From Tubiluchus corallicola (taxonomy: Eukaryota; Animalia; Priapulida), in assembly GCA_030141605.1 (NCBI GenBank), contig JAQGDQ010000069.1:315126-379125 (forward strand): 64,000 bases of DNA, written 5' to 3'. The position numbers and the translations under genes were made by a program. Below the pieces are notes generated by a model, which made no database searches, was not told where the DNA came from, and worked only from the letters and a program-made list of their open reading frames with translations. Shown here in pieces: positions 51,493 through 64,000 of this stretch. Position 1 is the first letter of the stretch. Every line of letters begins with the position of its first letter.

Positions 51493-54400
51493 GCTCTCAT
51501 TCATATTTAGTAGCGAGTTCTGTCGCTAGATGGCTCTGGAGCTTTATAGTACTTGCCAGCTAACTGCAGTAGCATTTCAGCTAATGAGATCTTATTGGCA
51601 TAGTTGTTAATTTTGCTTTTTAGTTTTGTTTGTCTAATTTGTCAGGGTAGTAGATTGTTTTTCCTTTATTTTATCATTTCAATGAAATATTTTCTTTTAG
51701 ATTTTATTATTTTCCTTTAAATTTATTCTAAATGGTTTAAAAGTATCTAGTATACAGTACTTTTATGTTTCTTTTTGGTCAATGTTGAAAAAAATGATAA
51801 CTGTTAATCCTTTTATAGTCATCTCATTTTCAATTAACTGGCAGCTAGCCTAAGCTCCAGAGTCGTTGGCTCTTTTGTTCTTCCATCTTTATTCTGTTTC
51901 TACTAGATGCTCTTGTGTTTTTATACTGACATATACTCACTACTTTTGATTGAGTAGCATTTGTGCACTGGTACTTACTGTTCTTTCCTTTATTGTATTT
52001 CAAAAGGCACTTATAATCATCTGATTTTATTAAAACCACCCTCAGTAATGCCTGCTCAGAAATTGTTGTGCATAAATTATTTTTTTCCATTTAAAGAACA
52101 AAACAATCATAGTACCAAGGACTACGTTTCATAGTTTCTTGTAAGATACTCCTTTGATTAATGTAAATGTAAAAAATGTGAATTACTGTTGTATGTTGTA
52201 TTGCTTGGAATGTTCTCCTCAAAAGACAACCAGTTTAGATTCGTGTTTGTTGTTCATTACAGGGAATCATGTAAATATGTAACTGAGTATGTAGATTCAG
52301 AGAGCTTGGCAGAGGCTATTGAGTTTCTCTAACACTTACTGGCTTACTAACTATGGACTCTTTTCTTTCTGGTTTCATTTCTTACTTAACTTGTAATTCT
52401 ACTCACATATTTGCATTTTTGTTTCATAACTTACTTTTACTGAACGTAGGTCCTGTTGTTGATTATTTCATATTTTATTTACTCATGCCATAAGATTGTT
52501 TATTTATTGATGATACGAACCAAGTGATAGCATATAACCAGCCGGCTACCTATCACACACACACTTAAACTTTCTGCTTTATAGAGAAGGGGAGACACCT
52601 ACCAGTGAGCACTAACCGATGTCACCCTCTGCCTGCGCTGTGGTGTACTAAATTTTCACTGCCAGAAGACCGGCTGCGGAAGCACAGTATTATATGTACA
52701 GCACGACCACAAAGACGCAGTTGCTTGGCTAACTTTGCTGTGGATTTTTATTTAGTTGACGGCACCTGTAGTAGTTTGCTTAGTCTGAAAAAATCAGCTT
52801 TTTTAGCTTATAAATTAGTAGCATAGTTAAGTTGGTATGCAATTTTTTTTTTAAATTCACAAGTATTCTGTTTAGTGGCAAAATTATTTTTCAGGTTTTT
52901 TTTCAATATTATAATGGAAATGACTACACCAACAGTTTAATTGTTTTAACATGCATATTATCATTTATAGTTTGTTGATATCAAAAGGCAGTTGACATTA
53001 GAGGAATATTAACTCTTCGTCATTTATGCCAATGTATTTTTATGCTTAAAAACATTTTTATTTCATGGCATTCAACGTCAAGAAATTTTACTATATACTG
53101 CTTTTTTAGCTTACCACTTACTAACATTATTATGCGCAAGTTTATTTTGCAATATTATTCATTATTTTATTTTGCTCATCTGATGTAGACAATTCAGGAG
53201 GGTTTTCGTCGAATTTTATGTGCTTTAGTTATATTGGAACAGATTTTTTAAGTTTTCTTACATACAATATGCAACTGTGCTTCCTGTAACTGTTCTCGGT
53301 AACATTCAAACACAAGTATAGTATCAATAGAACTCATATTAAGAAATTTGCAATTTTCGTAAACCAGTGAACAGCACATTTGTGGAAAAGATATTTATGG
53401 AAAATCAGTCTTGGCATCTGTTTAAAGTTTTTGATCGAGTTTGCCAGCTTACAGGTATTATTTGAAGCGCTGACAATGATGTTTTAATTCTGTAGAATGT
53501 ACAGCAATTGAATATATTGTTGTACGCTACAGTATTTGATTATTATATAATTATTTATTCTTTACAATCACACGTGATTCAGGACCAATGATATTGTTAC
53601 ATTCCAATTATTATTCCTTAATTTATATAATTCATTTATCTTGATTTAACTAATACTATACCTAGTACATTCCAGGATGTAATTGTTGTTTCATTCAATT
53701 AATTTTATTGAAGTAATCAATGCAGCATTCCAAAATTTGTCAGCATCTTGTATGTTCAACAGCTGATTTCTGAAATCAGTTTCAATGAACGTTTTTAATT
53801 TATTTAAGAAGCTGAAATTTATCCTATTTTTGAAATTGATTTCAATAATTAGCACGCGTTCCACACATATTCATATTTGTTAAACTTAATTGTAAATGTC
53901 CTGTATTTTAATGCTACATGTATGATATGATAGCTATTTTACTTTTATATTACTTTGCTGTAACACTACCATAATATATAACATTTTTGCTTAAAATTTA
54001 CTATTTACTTTTTTAGTGCAGCTGTGCTTACTTGTCAAAATTTGTGCTGCAATCTACTGGCCAGAAAAAAGTATTCATTTTTATATAATAGATTTACTGA
54101 AAACAGCTATAATTAGGATGTAATTTTCGGCTCTTTTAAAAACAATAGAATGTCAAACTTCAGCTGCTTTACTTTGTTTATTCAAACCCACTTTAAATAC
54201 TCTTACAGGTCCATATATATCTGTAGATTCAGTATTTGCATTTTAAACTTGTTTTAGCAATACGAGGTGATTGTTGTTTGCAACAGTATATTCTTTTCAA
54301 GTAATTTAATTAAGTAATTAAAGGAACAGGATATGGTGGTAGAAGATGTTCAATAGCAATATAATGATTATATATTTTCTTGCATAAAACAGATTTCACT

Positions 54401-57400
54401 GCTTAATGAATCGTATAATAACTTGACATTGCATTTAAGGCCTACCAATTTGCAATCTTATTTTATGCATAAGCTCATATTGTGGATGTTCTTATTTATT
54501 ATAATTTGTTTAAATGTACCATCGAACAATTTTGTGTATTGATTTGTTGTGTGCTTTTTTATAGTGAGATTGAAAAACTAGCAGTCACGGTTTCAAATTT
54601 CTGTTGTTGGTGTGTTGAATCTTCACTCCTTGTGTCATCCATGTTTTTCATAGCTTTCAGCCATTTTAGTTTTTTCATTGTCCAACATGGTCCAATACTT
54701 GTCTCCTGATTTATTGTGAATTTTCATGATGCTTCTTAAACATCTATGAAATTTGTTTGCTGGCTTAGCTAGTTTAGATTTGACATTCTTTATACATGTG
54801 TGGAAATATAGCTGAATTGTTATGGTGTACATTCACCCGCAAAGTTAAGCAACACTGGTCTTTGGTGTCAAATGAATGGGTGATTGTGGGAAAAACTGCT
54901 TTTTGGCAGTTTCATCTCTCATATGATTCCAACTATTTCAGCCATTCAGCAAGGATGTACACATGTCGAAACCCGGGTAAAATACCTTAACGAGTTTAGT
55001 ATTTTATCTCAGAGGATTTTCCTTGACAATGAGTTAAATTCCTGTTCTGCCACAACTGCTAACCTTGAATGACCACTTGTCTTATTTGGAAGCAGTAAAT
55101 AATTGTTTACTTTTATTTACGTAATAGCAGTAACCAAGTTACTTTTACTTTTTTAGCCATTGATGTTTCGAAATCATTTACAGTCTCAGTGATTATAGCT
55201 GCTTTTTTTAATTGTCAGTGATATTATTTTGATGTAATGATAATGTTATTTTGTACTAGTGACCTTGTGTGTAGACATTATTGTAATTATATATCGGTGA
55301 TTTTATTCTAATGTTTTGTGAAATTATTTTGTTGTTGAACGCTACTGTGGAGTAATTTTGTTTAGACTGTTGGCACTTGCTGCCGTCTGGCGTGAGGTTT
55401 TAAAAACTCGTTGGCTTCAAAGACTGTGCATATCAGTAGTTACTATGAGCGTTTTATTTTATGTTTTTATGAAATTCTTTTAGTAATACTAGCGTGACTG
55501 TTTGTAAAAATTCTTGTGATAGTAAACTGAACTGAGATCTCTTTATAAATAATTTAGATGTATCACTAATAGTGTGACAAAAATCCAAATTGTTGTTATG
55601 TACAGATATAATTTTGTCTTGTATTCTTATAATTATTACAGTAGATTAAATACATAATCTTGTTTTCCTAAAGTAATTGTAGTGTTCTACTGATTTTCAT
55701 TTTAAACATTTTAGCAACTAATTATAATGCTGTCTGTTAACACACAAAACACATTTTAAGTTTGGTTAAAACTAGGAATTGTTTATTTAACTGCGACATA
55801 GGCACCTTCAATTGCACTGACATTTTGATTTCAACAAAAATATCTTTTACAATCACCATACAAGTAACTTGAGGCTCTCTACGTGCCGCAAAACTTGCTT
55901 TTAAATCTACTAGGCCCTAATGCATATAAAAATAAGCATGCACAAATATTGAACTGTACAAAACAATGCAATTTTATAACTAACTTGGCACATTAAATGA
56001 GAAAAACTTCCAATAATATTATTGGAAGATGTCATATATTTTTATTAGCATGGTTATGGTTTGATTTCACCAGATAAGAAAATGAACACTGATCTTACTT
56101 TTGGCAAGTAGACATTTCTTAAATAAAAATAACGGTTTTTCATGTTCTTAAAAGAAACAAAACTTGGCAATGTTATTTAAGGGTCACAGTATGGACTTTG
56201 ATTCATACAGTCCATTATTAAGAATTCTGCTAATATACAGTATCACCAAGTTACACAGAAAGTATTTGCTAATCTGTTTACATGATAAACTGTCATCAAC
56301 AAACGCTCAAACGAAGCACATCATTTTGAATGTAAATGGCATAATAATAATGATTTTACAATCATAGCAAAAATAATTTCACAAAAAATTTTGATCCCAA
56401 CATCATCATGGTCCCGACAACACCACTTTTTGTAAAACGAGTAAAAACTTTGCTTAAAATTTTGATTCAACAAAATTTTGATTAAATAAAATCATGTCAT
56501 GACCTAAGCAACATAGATCTTCATTGTCGTCAAATTTTACATGTATTTGTTAATTAACTTTTCCCCAACCTGATTCAGGCAGCTATTTCATTTTTTGTAA
56601 AATGAATATGAAGAATTCAGTGGCAGTAAACGATAAAAAATATATAATTTTCTATGATATAAAAACTATGGCAGCAAAACACATAATTGTTGATTATACA
56701 TACACACATATACAAAATCAACAGGTAATTTTTTAATACAAAATGATATGTTTAGATATTGGTCTGTTACATTCAAAGGCAAGCAATATCACCTATACCT
56801 ACAAGGAAGCAGACAAATACACAAGCTTAAATGTGCTGCCATCTCGTAACAAAATAAAAAAGTTTAAACAAAAAAACGAACTTTAGGCCTTTATATTAAA
56901 TGCAGAATTAATTATTAACTAATAATGATTAAGCTTGGTAGCCACGTTGTAAGTAAAAATGCAACAAAATATTTACAAATGTTTTGATCATTATTACTAA
57001 TTTATGTACATATACAAAATTATACACAAATCACGCCATAGTACCTTTATATTGAAAGCGACAAGAATGGGCAGAGTCGATAAATACCTTTAATTAATGA
57101 ATAAGACATTAATAAAACTAGTCCATGTTAGAATACTAAAGTAAGATAAGAATAAGAACAATAAGCATATTAAGAATTAATTACGTCTATGATTATCACT
57201 GACTTACGTCTGGCTAACGTGATAAAGAGATTGAGCTAACATGTCTGTTGACATTCATTATAAGGACGCCGACATACAATTCCATATAAAAGCAGCTTTG
57301 TGGCAATCACGGAAAAGTAAGCTTTATAACTTTTTGATAATTATTTTCTTGACTGCTCCTTTCCGAAAAGCTACAGACGATGCAAGCCCAAAGCTTATAT

Positions 57401-59401
57401 TGTAAAGTTTGGTCCTCTTTATAATAGTCTTGTTATAACACCCCTTACCAGAGACCATTTTCCGATCGTTTCTTAATTCAAAGATCCATCTTTTTCTATG
57501 CGGGTTAAAAGCGTGTGACGCCTCAACAAAAGCATTCCTCAACTGTCAAGCAGCTTTTCTTACGCTGAAAATGCGCAAACGGAACTAATACACTCTCCAA
57601 GCAAACAGCTTGAAACATTGGCCAACGCTTTGTTTGTCAAAAATCTTCATTCTTTGTCATGAAGAAAACTGGTTTTAACGATTTCTGAGTGTCTTAAATC
57701 CCGAAAAGAAAGGAGCGCACATATCTCGGTGGGGGGCGCTTGCAGGGTTCAACAATAGACTTGTCTTCGCGTGGGTTATAAACTTTTCAAAAAAAAATAT
57801 TAAGAAATTTACGAGTTTAGGTTTACTATTTAGAACAACTCAAAAGTTTATGCTAAGCAAAAATGATCCCCTTTCCGTAAAAGAGATCTATTCTAAATTT
57901 TATTTTGTAGAATAAATTTGGCATAAGCAGCAAAAATAATGCGAAACTGTTTCAAAAATGATTTAAACGAATTCTTCTGCAGGCTTTAATTATAAGGCGT
58001 TTAAATTAGAATTTCGAGACTCATCAGATATTAGATGACGACTTCGGATTAAAAATCTTCGTGTGGCGCAAAAATCCCCGAAAAACTTTCCGCTAAAACA
58101 TTACGTCAAATCATACTTCATATGTGTAAAAAGGAATTCGGTTTATGCATATTTGCCATTTCTTTTGGTTATTTATTTTGCTTGTAATAATTTAGCCAAC
58201 CAACACGTAAAGACATTTTGCAATTATTCCAATACAAAAAAGATACAATGTATGTAAAAACTATAATGAAGAGATGAACATAGTAAGTAATAAAGAGGTG
58301 GATAAAAATTATTTAATAATTTTTATTGAACTACAGGATGCCAAAATAATTCCTGTATAATAAAATACTTCAGGGGCAGCAATCTCTAGATTGACCACGC
58401 TTTCACAAAAAAAACAAACTCACAAATCAAAAACAGGCATAGTAATCAGAACGGCACATTGTAAAATAATTCTTGTAAAAATTTGGTTTCCCAGTCATAA
58501 GTAGCTCTGTAAAGGAAGTCAATTAGCAAAATCTTATTGAATCTCAGGCACAAAGTTTTTAGGTTACTTGTACTTGTAAAGAAAGTTGCTGATTTATGAG
58601 GCACATAATTTGTGAACCAGCCCCTTCTCAGGGTGTCTACTGGATCCGCCCCCATGTGACCCAGCCTAGGCCTGCTGATGTGTTTATCTAAGAAAAGGAT
58701 CAAGGAACTGGATTAGAGACAAAGAGACGTTAAAGATACCTGCAGGCGCTGAATAAACAGTGAACAGGAACTTGAGATTTCCTTGTGTCAGATGAAAAGT
58801 TAAAACTTTACATTCAAATGGGACTGACGTTTTTAAGCAAACCGTAACAGAATCTGTCCTAATAACAAAACTGTGCATCTGAGAAGAGTATAATAGGCAC
58901 CCAGCAGAGCAGAGGGTTATGGACATGTAATCTGACAAAAAGACACCCTGATCTAGTCCCTAGAGTCCTAGACGTAAACTCACAAAATGAAAAATTGTCT
59001 TTAGGTGTACACGCATTTCACTTTTTCCATTCACTCACTTTGCAACACGAATAAATTGAGGGTAATTCCAAACTTTGTGTGGAATTTAGGAAGTAATGAA
59101 TGCAGAATGTAACATTACTGCAATAAACTGGCAAGAGACAGAAACAGTCGGATGGCAAGAGTTGAATGAGTATTTAGAAGGTTCTAGAGTTTTTTGATTA
59201 AAGATGAGTATTAAAAAGAAATGCTTCTAATTAAATCTTGCACTACTGAATTTAAATGTAACACAAATGACAACCTTCCTGTTTCAACAATGCTGCAAGC
59301 ATCATCACTCTGTATCTAAAAATAAAGGTACAAAATGGGTTTTTGATTGTGATCAGGTAAACTAGATTGCAATCAATATAAAAGTACTATGGTTTTCGTT
59401 G

Positions 59402-60628
59402 TCATAATGCCGTGATCGGCTTCGTCGACGTCGAAGATGTGGATGCCGATGGCAACAGCAACGGCGACGATGCACTGCGAGACATGGACCCATATGATGC
59501 TGCAGGAAAAAGACCCAGCGGAGAATACGACGGAAACTGGAAGGCTGTGCCCGATGACCTAAAAGAAGGGCTGAGAGAAAGTGGACTAGGGGAACCCAAG
59601 TAAAAGGATTGAAAGAAGTTGTTGGGAGTAAGAATTGGGCTTGGCACGGGGAACATACCACTTGGGCTAGGGTAAGGCACTGAGTTTAATAAACTAGCCT
59701 GTGTGAGATTAAGGGGACATGGTCTAGTGCGACCAGATGCTGTTGTTGTCGTTGATGAATTGCTACGGGTCCTTGATGATGTTGATGTTAATGAGACTTG
59801 GGGCTTGGAGTTGTGCAATGTTAATGGACTACTGGATTTTGATCTCTTCTCATGATCACTTGCTGATTTTGATGATTTTGCATTTTCTTCATCGCTGTTA
59901 TTTCGAAGAAGCGGCGAGGAAGTACGCTTTGGTGATGCAGAACGGTCCCGTACCACATCTATTGGACTCTCGCTTCGTGATCGCCGACACGGGCTTCCCT
60001 CTTCTTTTACTGAAATGGACGGACTTCGTCTTTGTTCTTGGTTTCGCTTTTGCTCTAGACTTCCCTCAGAGCTGCTAGAACATCGGGGGCTGCTAGGCTC
60101 ATATCTATCGCGTCGTTCTATCTGCTCTCTTTGAAATTCTAATTCACGTGGACTTGTTTGCTTCCAAAGCCTGTCACTAGGTGGTAATAAAAACATGGGA
60201 CTAGTCGCTTGGAGTGGACTCAAGTCAGCCCTGTAGGACCCCATGAATGCCGGGTGCAGAGGCGTGGGAGTCAGTGGCAAGTATGATGGTCGTAAAGAAC
60301 CGTCCTTTGCAAGTGTCTCCATTTTGATTTTGAAAGGAATTTTCGTTTCAGTTTTTACGATTTCTGGAAAAGACACAAAGCGGTACACAAACTTCTGTCC
60401 TAGCACCTTCTTAATGATATTCTTATCATAATAATAGCGCAACGCGCGACTTAGCTTGTCATAGTTCATGTTGTGCTTGTTCTTGCGCAAGCCCCACAAT
60501 CGTGCCACCTCTTCAGCATTGATGAGCTTGAACTCTCCTTCATTGTTAGTCCAGGTGATGATGTCACTATACTGGTTGCTAAGCAACAGCTCCAGAAGGA
60601 ACTGCCATAGGGTAATGCTAGATTCCAT
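59402..60628 (-). CDS. Elk: ETS-domain ternary complex factor (ELK1/3/4-like), 408 aa, single coding exon
   Basis: N-terminal ETS domain [15 protein letters not shown]...[38 protein letters not shown]-box-like [11 protein letters not shown]-rich C-terminal domain and FQFP ERK-docking motif. A splice acceptor TTTTCTTACAG ends at 60634, 5 nt before the ATG, implying a 5' UTR intron. Confidence 0.93.
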   Translation of the reverse strand: MESSITLWQFLLELLLSNQYSDIITWTNNEGEFKLINAEEVARLWGLRKNKHNMNYDKLSRALRYYYDKNIIKKVLGQKFVYRFVSFPEIVKTETKIPFKIKMETLAKDGSLRPSYLPLTPTPLHPAFMGSYRADLSPLQATSPMFLLPPSDRLWKQTSPRELEFQREQIERRDRYEPSSPRCSSSSEGSLEQKRNQEQRRSPSISVKEEGSPCRRSRSESPIDVVRDRSASPKRTSSPLLRNNSDEENAKSSKSASDHEKRSKSSSPLTLHNSKPQVSLTSTSSRTRSNSSTTTTASGRTRPCPLNLTQASLLNSVPYPSPSGMFPVPSPILTPNNFFQSFYLGSPSPLSLSPSFRSSGTAFQFPSYSPLGLFPAASYGSMSRSASSPLLLPSASTSSTSTKPITAL

Positions 60629-62573
60629 TCCAGCTGTAAGAAAAAAATCATATTAATTAGTAATTAAAATACAGGTCAACCAGTGTAGGTTAATAAACAT
60701 ACAATAACGACGACAACTGCAGTGATGTTGCCTGTTTTACCCATCTGTGGCAAGGATATATTTCCACTACTACAGAGCGAAAGACCTAGAAATGGTGACA
60801 AATGTGGCGGAACAGAAACTGCAGAACAACACTACTCATATTGTATGTCAACAGATAGTGATAATAAGTACCAGTAAACCAAGTGAAATTGATTTCACTC
60901 ACGTCTTGTAAATCACTTGGAAGCTTACAATGGAAGTGAAGAAAAAATTGCTTGTGCAACTGGGACTTGATTCCATAACTCAGTCTTAATTGCTAGAGAG
61001 TAATCACAGGTGTAGCTATTAAGACTATGTTTACCAGACTGTTTTAAAACTGCAACTGTTTTGTAACATGAATAATTTAGCACTTATTTATAAAGCTGTT
61101 TATTTGCCAGTTCAGCTCCACGTGAATGGAATAAACTTCCGTTTAGCTTGCGTACTACTACCGATTTTGGCCGTTTTAAAATGAGCCTTTAAACCTTTTT
61201 ACTATAACGTTTAATTAATGTGGGACTTAAAGCTTATTTTTACTATATCGTTTATTCACTTGTCTTGTGAATTTTTTACTGTATACTTATATATCTTTAT
61301 TGCAGCCACTCTTGTTGTACACTTGTTTTGTAGCAAACCTAATGACAATAATTGCCGATTTATGCGCTTTACACATAAATTATCATTATCATTATATCAC
61401 TATTTAGCAATTTTTACAACAAAGTGTTTCGTGTACATTGAAAACACATCTTCCAAGATTCCAAATGTTTACATAAAGACAATGAATCATGGTTTTTTGT
61501 ATCAAAGGGTAAAAAGCGTTTAAAACTCCGATTTTCGCAACATTTCTATATCAGATCTACTAGTCTACAAATATATATGCGCTTACTTGGTTTTGCAGCA
61601 ATATACTACTAGAACTTAGCTTCTGACATCTAACATCTGACATTTGCAAGTGATAGTAAATTACAAACTACCCAACAAACAAAATAATAATTCATCTCTT
61701 TATCTCTCGCGTAAATTCTACCGTCTGCAGTTGCTTTCCCACGTCTGTTACACAAATTTCAACACATTCCTAACAAAAGCACACAAAAACGCACATAAAC
61801 ACAATTACACTCACGTTATAAAACTGTTGTATCTCGTACACAAGAGAGCTGTCTATGCTATTTACATTTTAAACTCATATAATCTCATGCACGCACTTCC
61901 GGGTGCAAGCGTTATATTATAAAGAGCAGTCGTTTGGTAAGACGGCTACAGGGTCAATGGGACTGCCGCTGGTGTTATAGTTTTGGTACATTGTGCAATA
62001 TAACAGATAAGAAACCATAATACAGTACCGCCAATCGCAAACTGTTTAATATCAAACGGATAAATACGAAATGGCAAATAAAATAAACAAGCGTAGAGTA
62101 ATTCTATGTCAAGAGCTCAAGACGAGGGCACGTTTGAGTATTTGAAAAGATTCACACTTGAGATAGACAGACAGACAGATAAATCAGACCTATATATTTA
62201 TAGGGTAAAGTGGGAAAATTTTAATAATACATGCTGATATAGATGCGTAAAGGTAAGTCATACCTATACGCATAGGTATACTTCTGACAAGCAGAGCAGA
62301 AATAACACTGTAGGTTTAATTAAATAATATTTACTCTCATTTGTGATTAATATAGAGGGCCATTAGATTTTTATGATACATTATAAAATGTTAAAAAGTT
62401 TTTGCATCAAAGTAATTCAATGCAAAAACGCATCAGCAATAAAAACATGTTGCAGTGAACTTCTAAATGCATTCAAGATAAGAGACATACCAAGGTACAT
62501 GCACTCATCCAGGTATGTAAATTTATAAAACATAAAACGACATAAAATAAGTAAACGAACGAACAGGCAAAGT

Positions 62574-62691
62574 AGTACTTGCAGCACCAATAGTGGTAGA
62601 AGTAATAGTAGTGGTAGTGGCAGTGATGGTGGCAGGGGTGGAAGCAACGACAGAAGCAGGAATAGTAGTTGCAGCAGCAGCAGCAGTAATA

Positions 62692-62755
<64 letters not shown>

Positions 62756-62825
62756 TGGTGGTGGTGGTGGCGGCAGCAGCAGCAGTAGTAATAGTGGTAG
62801 TAGTAATGGTAGTGGTAGCAGCAGC

Positions 62826-62890
<65 letters not shown>

Positions 62891-63129
62891 AAGTAGTAGT
62901 AGTAGTAGCAGCAGCAGCAATAAAAGCAGTAGCAGCAGCAGTAGTAGTAATAGTGGTAGTAATGGCAGCAGCAGCAGCAGCAGTGGCAAGAGCAGCAGCA
63001 GCAGCAGTAAAAGCAGTAGCAGTAGTAGCAGCAGCAGTAAAAGCAGTAGTAGTAGCAGCAGCAGTAATAGTGGTAGTAGTAGCAGCAGCAGCATTAGAAA
63101 CAGTAGTAGCAGCAAGAGCAGCAGCAGCA
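62574..63129. repeat. Compound (GTA)n/(GCA)n/(GTG)n trinucleotide tract of about 550 bp
   Basis: Seen directly; accounts for the poly-Leu and poly-Val/Ala ORFs. Confidence 0.95.
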
Positions 63130-64000
63130 CGTAATTAATTTGCTGAATAAGCAAATGTGCAATGCAAAGGACAAAACATGCAATGGATAACCGTCCGTCA
63201 CAGACAGTTTCAAAAGAATTAGAAAATAAAAATGTTACGTTAATTTATCTAGAGTCATTGCTCAAATGAAATCAGAAGAAGCAAATACATGTAGTCAGTT
63301 TAAACGTCCCACCACGTGGCTTGAGCTTGCCGTCTGTGACGTCTGGTTCTTATTACGTTTCATTGTTTGTTATGAATAAGGATTATTGTAAATAGGCCCA
63401 CCGCTGCCACTACAAGCACAGCTGAATCACACGCTTAAAAGCTACACCAAAGAAAGTTTGAGACCCTGGGAATATTGCATATTATTGATGTCACGTGCTG
63501 CACTCTGGCGGCTGGAGTTGAGGCAATCGCGACAAACAAAGATGTCAAAAGGGAAACGCGCAGGAACAGATGTTGGAAATGTGAGCTGACCATTAGACGC
63601 GAGCGCGACCCCTGGCAGGGAGGAAGTAAGTTGTTGAGCGTAATCCGGGATGAGACTCGTGAGCGTCCTAGTGTCTGGTTACAGAAAGATGTCAAAGAAT
63701 AAAAAATACATGATTCATTGTTAAAAACGCAGAATATAAACCCATGTCTATGAACAAATCGTAACTAACCAAGAGGTACAAAACACTGGATGAGTAAACC
63801 CTTTAATTTTTGGACACTAAGAGCCAGAAACTTGATTCTTAAATTAAACTAGCACTAGCTTGAAAAACCGAATATAGAATATCACAGTATTTAAAGCACA
63901 AGTGGAACCATCTACTAAAATATTATCAAGCCAACAGAAGTTAGTGGATCTTACGTTGAAAGATGTTAATAATGAATAGCTACATTAGCTTAACCAAGAG

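Noticed and set aside
59387-59404. Stop-codon readthrough at the Elk TGA-CAA
   Set aside because: Context is not a full CARYYA or CUAG motif and only four codons precede the next stop.
62417-63154. 245-aa poly-Leu ORF and the opposite 181-aa poly-Val/Ala ORF
   Set aside because: Stop-free frames produced by the trinucleotide repeat; no domain or splice support.

Overview
AT-rich genomic DNA from an invertebrate animal, with spliceosomal GT-AG introns. Four protein-coding genes can be assembled with phase-consistent splice sites. (1) MiT/TFE (MITF/TFEB-like) bHLH-zipper gene, + strand, 8 coding exons, 3611-19283. (2) Nup98-Nup96 autoproteolytic polyprotein, - strand, only 3 coding exons, 34486-22644; its first intron holds a 5'-truncated LINE with an open RT frame. 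(3) Testin-like PET+3xLIM gene, + strand, 37379-51492, with an apparent alternative 5' exon encoding an unrecognised 317-aa highly charged, polybasic N-terminus. (4) Elk/TCF-type ETS factor, - strand, with an intronless CDS, 60628-59402. The introns and intergenic DNA carry hAT, pogo/Tigger and Harbinger-like MITEs, long palindromes, local tandem duplications and microsatellites. The most notable points are the novel Testin N-terminal exon, gene-specific 3'-biased intron loss in Nup98-96 and Elk, the MiT-Testin-Elk linkage that echoes vertebrate paralogons, and substitutions in the normally highly conserved MiT bHLH. All calls come from reading the sequence; no searches were run.
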